A model generated the notes under the pieces. That model saw only the letters and a program-made list of their open reading frames with translations. It was not told the DNA's origin and ran no database searches. The position numbers were made by a program, and so were the translations under genes. A stretch of 32,000 nt of DNA from Sinorhizobium meliloti (GTDB lineage: Bacteria > Pseudomonadota > Alphaproteobacteria > Rhizobiales > Rhizobiaceae), in contig NZ_JAGIOS010000001.1 of NCBI RefSeq assembly GCF_017876815.1, forward strand, positions 3,570,001 to 3,602,000. The letters are read 5' to 3'. The stretch's first letter is position 1. The number at the start of each line of letters is the position of its first letter. This document shows positions 28,880 to 32,000 of this stretch, one piece after another.

Positions 28880-28897
28880 AAAAGGGGAAAAAAGAAA

Positions 28898-29674
28898 ATG
28901 GCAAATACCGCCACTGCACCGAAATTGGCCGTCTCGACGACGGATGTCGCGATCGAAATCACCAATATGAACAAATGGTACGGTGATTTCCATGTGCTGC
29001 GCGACATCAATCTCAGGGTCATGCGCGGCGAGCGCATCGTCGTCGCCGGCCCGTCGGGTTCCGGCAAGTCGACGATGATTCGCTGCATCAATCGGCTCGA
29101 GGAGCACCAGAAGGGCAAGATCGTCGTCGACGGCATCGAACTCACCAACGACCTGAAGAAGATCGATGAAGTGCGCCGGGAAGTCGGCATGGTCTTCCAG
29201 CACTTCAACCTCTTCCCGCATCTCACGATCCTGGAAAACTGCACGCTGGCGCCGATCTGGGTGCGCAAGATGCCGAAAAAGGAAGCCGAGCAAGTCGCGA
29301 TGCACTTCCTGGAGCGCGTCAAGATTCCGGAGCAGGCGCTCAAATATCCGGGCCAGCTTTCGGGCGGTCAGCAGCAGCGCGTCGCCATCGCCCGCTCGCT
29401 TTGCATGCGGCCGAAAATCCTTCTCTTCGACGAGCCGACCTCTGCGCTCGACCCTGAAATGGTCAAGGAAGTGCTCGACACGATGGTCGGACTCGCCGAG
29501 GAAGGCATGACCATGATCTGCGTCACCCACGAAATGGGCTTCGCCCGCCAGGTCGCCAACCGCGTGATCTTCATGGACCAGGGCCAGATCGTCGAACAGA
29601 ACTCGCCGGCCGAGTTCTTCGACAATCCTCAGCACGAGCGGACCAAGCTGTTCCTCAGCCAGATCCTGCACTGA
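28898..29674 (+). CDS. aapP: General L-amino acid ABC transporter ATP-binding protein AapP
   Basis: 258 aa with Walker [11 protein letters not shown]-loop [13 protein letters not shown], signature [13 protein letters not shown], Walker [13 protein letters not shown] and H-loop VTHEMGFA. Confidence 0.96.
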   Translation: MANTATAPKLAVSTTDVAIEITNMNKWYGDFHVLRDINLRVMRGERIVVAGPSGSGKSTMIRCINRLEEHQKGKIVVDGIELTNDLKKIDEVRREVGMVFQHFNLFPHLTILENCTLAPIWVRKMPKKEAEQVAMHFLERVKIPEQALKYPGQLSGGQQQRVAIARSLCMRPKILLFDEPTSALDPEMVKEVLDTMVGLAEEGMTMICVTHEMGFARQVANRVIFMDQGQIVEQNSPAEFFDNPQHERTKLFLSQILH

Positions 29675-29697
29675 TCCGGAACAACTCGAAACGACGG

Positions 29698-29729
29698 CGG
29701 CCCGCCTTCATGGCGGGCCGTTTCGTTTT
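29698..29729 (+). terminator. Rho-independent terminator of the aap operon
   Basis: CGGCCCGCC (29698-29706), loop TTCAT, GGCGGGCCG (29712-29720), then TTTCGTTTT. Starts 24 nt after the aapP stop. Confidence 0.85.
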
Positions 29730-29766
29730 GTATTCCAAGCCAAAACCTCGCAGAAACTCTCCATTC

Positions 29767-29799
29767 TAAGGCCTGTTGAGATTCGGGTACCGCCGCGGC
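29767..29799. repeat. Copy B of the short motif shared with 14742-14773; overlaps the 5' end of the relE-like ORF
   Basis: See copy A. In this copy the motif contains the TTG (29776) that opens the relE-like ORF. Confidence 0.45.
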
Positions 29800-30054
29800 C
29801 TCGAATTCCTGCCGTCTGCTCGAAAGGAATGGGACAAGCTGGGCGCGACGATCCGGCAGCAGCTTGTAAAGAAGCTGCGTGAGCGTTTGGAGCGCCCCCG
29901 CATTCCGAGCGCCGCACTACACGGGATGCCCGACCACTACAAAATCAAACTGAGACAGCTTGGCTATCGTCTCGTCTACCGGGTCGATGACGGCTCTGTC
30001 ACTGTGCTGGTCGTGGCAGTTGGAAAGCGAGAGCGGGTGACGTCTACAACTTGA
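29776..30054 (+). CDS. relE: RelE/StbE-family type II toxin homologue, orphan (no antitoxin gene) and probably degenerate
   Basis: 92-aa ORF with a TTG start. LEFLPSARKEWDKLGATIRQQLVKKLRERLERPRIPSAALHGMPDHYKIKLRQLGYRLVYRVDDGSVTVLVVAVGKRER aligns along its length with E. coli RelE (DFDERALKEWRKLGSTVREQLKKKLVEVLESPRIEANKLRGMPDCYKIKLRSSGYRLVYQVIDEKVVVFVISVGKRER, from memory). The tail is out of frame relative to the family (see findings), so an annotator might mark it as a pseudogene. Confidence 0.7.
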   Translation: MRFGYRRGLEFLPSARKEWDKLGATIRQQLVKKLRERLERPRIPSAALHGMPDHYKIKLRQLGYRLVYRVDDGSVTVLVVAVGKRERVTSTT

Positions 30055-30186
30055 TGAGAGCACACGGGCGTTAGATCGCCGGACCGGGCATCATAGGCCA
30101 CCTAAACGCTCCAGCCCGCACCCGGCGAGAGGGGACATGCCCTACGAAATGCTGGTGACTATGGCAGCCAAGGCGCCCGCCACGAG

Positions 30187-30240
30187 TCCCTTCGCCCCGC
30201 TCGCGGGGAGAAGGTGCCGGCAGGCGGATGAGGGGCGGCC
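30187..30240. repeat. Rhizobial intergenic hairpin repeat (REP-like)
   Basis: CCTTCGCCCCGC-TC-GCGGGGAGAAGG (11 of 12 positions self-complementary), followed by TGCCGGCAGGCGGATGAGGGGCGGCC. This GC-rich unit (spurious peptide ...SPLAGRRCRQADEGRP) is one I recognise as recurring in many intergenic spacers of Rhizobiaceae genomes. It may double as a terminator for the convergent fpr. Confidence 0.55.
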
Positions 30241-30294
30241 GCAAATCGGCGTAAAATATCTTTAAGAGGACGCTATCGCCCTCGGCGCCATGGA

Positions 30295-31107
30295 TCAGCC
30301 GACGAATGCACGTTCGATGACGAACTCTGCCGGCTTGTTGTTGGCGCCTTCCGTCAGGCCGGCGGCTTCGAGGATTTCCTTGGTATCCTTCAGCATGGCG
30401 GTGGAACCGCAGATCATTCCGCGGTCGATCTCGGGATCGAGCGGCGGCAGGCCGAGGTCTGCGAAGAACTTGCCGTTGGTCATCAGGTCGGTGATCCGGC
30501 CCTTGAAGGGATATTCTTCGCGCGTAACCGTGGCGTAGTGCCGAAGCTTGTCGCCGACGATCTCGTTCAGGAACTCGTGATTGCGGATTTCATCGACGAG
30601 ATCGAAGCCATATTTCAGCTCCGCCACGTCGCGGCAGGTATGGGTAAGGATGACCTCCTCGAACTTCTCGAAGGTCTCCGGGTCGCGGATGAGGCTCGCA
30701 AAGGGCGCGATGCCCGTGCCCGTCGAGAACATATAGAGCCTGCGGCCGGGCACGAGCGCATCCAACACCAGCGTGCCGGTCGGCTTCTTGCGCATCAGCA
30801 CCTGGTCACCGGGCTTGATCCCCTGCAGATGCGACGTCAGCGGCCCATCGGGCACTTTGATGGAGAAGAATTCCAGTTCCTCGTCCCAGGCCGGGCTCGC
30901 GATCGAATAGGCACGATAAACGGGCTTGTCGCCGACCATCAGTCCGATCATCGCAAATTCGCCCGAGCGGAAGCGGAACTCCTGCGGGCGTGTCATGCGG
31001 AAGCGGAAGAGCCGGTCGGTGTAGTGTTCGACGCTCGTCACCGTTTCAGCGAAGACGCCTGCCGGAGCCTGTACCGCGAAATCTTCTTTTTTTGCCGGAG
31101 CATTCAT
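30295..31107 (-). CDS. fpr: Ferredoxin--NADP(+) reductase, bacterial Fpr type
   Basis: Track ORF 30295..31146 trimmed to ATG 31107. Reads MNAPAKKEDFAVQAPAGVFAETVTSVEHYTDRLFRFRMTRPQEFRFRSGEFAMIGL...RAYSIASP (FAD-binding RxYS motif) ...LYMFSTGTGIAPFASL (NADP-binding GTGIAP), giving 270 aa. Confidence 0.9.
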   Translation of the reverse strand: MNAPAKKEDFAVQAPAGVFAETVTSVEHYTDRLFRFRMTRPQEFRFRSGEFAMIGLMVGDKPVYRAYSIASPAWDEELEFFSIKVPDGPLTSHLQGIKPGDQVLMRKKPTGTLVLDALVPGRRLYMFSTGTGIAPFASLIRDPETFEKFEEVILTHTCRDVAELKYGFDLVDEIRNHEFLNEIVGDKLRHYATVTREEYPFKGRITDLMTNGKFFADLGLPPLDPEIDRGMICGSTAMLKDTKEILEAAGLTEGANNKPAEFVIERAFVG

Positions 31108-31252
31108 CGTGACCACAGTCCTGTAAATGGTGACGCTGTTTATCAACTACAAGCGGATATTCCAACCCATGCCGAATTGAAAGGAAATCCCTTCCAAATA
31201 TAGTCGCTTTCGAGGATTTCGGCTTGCTTCACACTGTCGCGGCCTGCACCTT

Positions 31253-31753
31253 TCAAGAGACGCGGCGCCAGCTGTAGGAATTGATGTTGGCGGACGGCTT
31301 TGCCGTCGGCTGGTAGTGGTTGGAAATGCCTGGCAGCCGGCCCTCCGAAAGCCGTTTGATCGCCGTGGCGTTGGTTACGGCGAAGCTGTCGACGCCGCAA
31401 CGCAGCATAAGCGGGATCGGGTCGATCAGCACGTCGCCGACGGCGCGGATTTCGCCCTGGTAGCCGAGCCGCGAACGCAGCAGCGAAGCATGGCTGAAGG
31501 ACCGGCCGTCGCTGAAAGCCGGAAATGCCACCGCCACCAGCGCGATCCTTTCGAGATAGGGCTGAAGACGCATCACGTCGTCTGCGGGGTTGATCAGAAC
31601 GCCAAGCTCCGAGGCATCGCTCTCCGCAACCGCCGCCAGGAAGCCGTCGATGTTCAGAATCGCCTTCTCGTTCGATCCGGCCTTGGTCTCGTCGGTTTCG
31701 ATCACCCAGGGATCATCGTTCACGAAGCCGGTTTCTTTCCAGATTTTCGTCAT
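31253..31753 (-). CDS. DUF934 protein (sulfite-reductase-associated, function unproven)
   Basis: Track ORF 31253..31774 trimmed to ATG 31753 (AAGGAC upstream). Reads MTKIWKETGFVNDDPWVIETDE...VAVAFPAFSDGRSFSHASLLRSRLGYQGEIRAVGDVLIDPIPLMLRCGVDSFAV, giving 166 aa. Starts 17 nt after the cysI stop. Family recognised from memory (annotated in SEED as an oxidoreductase probably involved in sulfite reduction). Confidence 0.82.
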   Translation of the reverse strand: MTKIWKETGFVNDDPWVIETDETKAGSNEKAILNIDGFLAAVAESDASELGVLINPADDVMRLQPYLERIALVAVAFPAFSDGRSFSHASLLRSRLGYQGEIRAVGDVLIDPIPLMLRCGVDSFAVTNATAIKRLSEGRLPGISNHYQPTAKPSANINSYSWRRVS

Positions 31754-31770
31754 CTTTTGCTGTCCTTGGA

Positions 31771-32000
31771 TCACGCGGCTGCCTGGGCACCGCCGCCATA
31801 GAGCGCATCCTTGAAAGGCTGCGGCCCCACCCGGCGATAGGCTTCGAGGAAGGTCTCCGACTTGTCCCGGCGCAAGCCGAGATAGGTATCGACGATCGTC
31901 TCCACCGCGTCGGTCACTCTTTCCGGCTCGAAGCCGCGACCAATGATCTCGCCGATCGATGTATGTTCGTCGCCGGAGCCGCCGAGCGTGATCTGATAGA
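31771..32000 (-). CDS. cysI: Sulfite reductase hemoprotein (nitrite/sulfite reductase family), C-terminal end only (gene runs off the right edge)
   Basis: Absent from the ORF track because it is open at the window edge. Reverse-complement translation gives ...YQITLGGSGDEHTSIGEIIGRGFEPERVTDAVETIVDTYLGLRRDKSETFLEAYRRVGPQPFKDALYGGGAQAAA-stop (TGA 31773-31771). The tail is typical of alphaproteobacterial sulfite reductase, and a DUF934 gene follows. Confidence 0.78.
   Translation of the reverse strand, partial: YQITLGGSGDEHTSIGEIIGRGFEPERVTDAVETIVDTYLGLRRDKSETFLEAYRRVGPQPFKDALYGGGAQAAA

Noticed and set aside
30139-30255. 38-codon ORF (MPYEMLVTMAAKAPATSPFAPLAGRRCRQADEGRPQIGV) downstream of the relE-like ORF, as a possible reversed-order antitoxin
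   Set aside because: Most of it is the translation of the REP-like hairpin repeat. It has no DNA-binding (RHH/HTH) or antitoxin-like features and no ribosome-binding site.

Overview
This is a high-GC core chromosomal segment of an alphaproteobacterium of the Rhizobiaceae. Gene order and protein sequences look like Sinorhizobium/Ensifer. From memory it mirrors the S. meliloti 1021 stretch from lpxA to cysI, which I cannot verify here.

Layout:
- 1-10.7 kb, all minus strand: the conserved envelope/translation supercluster rpsB-tsf-pyrH-frr-uppS-cdsA-rseP-bamA-lpxD-fabZ-lpxA.
- Next come an EipB-like DUF1849 gene, a tightly packed plus-strand cluster (RidA, GDPD phosphodiesterase, FemAB-like GNAT, HIT), azlCD, clpS-clpA, a phasin, DUF3126 and cysE.
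- Then an alpha/beta hydrolase, an NDUFS6-like zinc-finger protein with an FAD monooxygenase, metC and the general L-amino-acid ABC transporter aapJQMP.
- The right end holds an orphan relE-like ORF, fpr, DUF934 and the 3' end of cysI.

I make 35 protein-coding calls. I see no rRNA, tRNA, CRISPR array, IS element, integrase or phage gene. Many long ORFs in the six-frame track are antisense shadow ORFs typical of GC-rich DNA, and many real genes needed their starts trimmed.

This is mostly an ordinary housekeeping region. I do not see a convincing new multi-gene system or any defence-island signature. The items worth a second look are:
- an antitoxin-less, apparently frameshifted relE relic in the only accessory-looking spacer (aapP-fpr);
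- the cysI-DUF934-fpr arrangement;
- the uncharacterised RidA/GDPD/FemAB-like/HIT cluster;
- an NDUFS6-like zinc-finger gene paired with a flavin monooxygenase;
- candidate operator palindromes in the phasin promoter;
- several rhizobial-type intergenic palindromic repeats.
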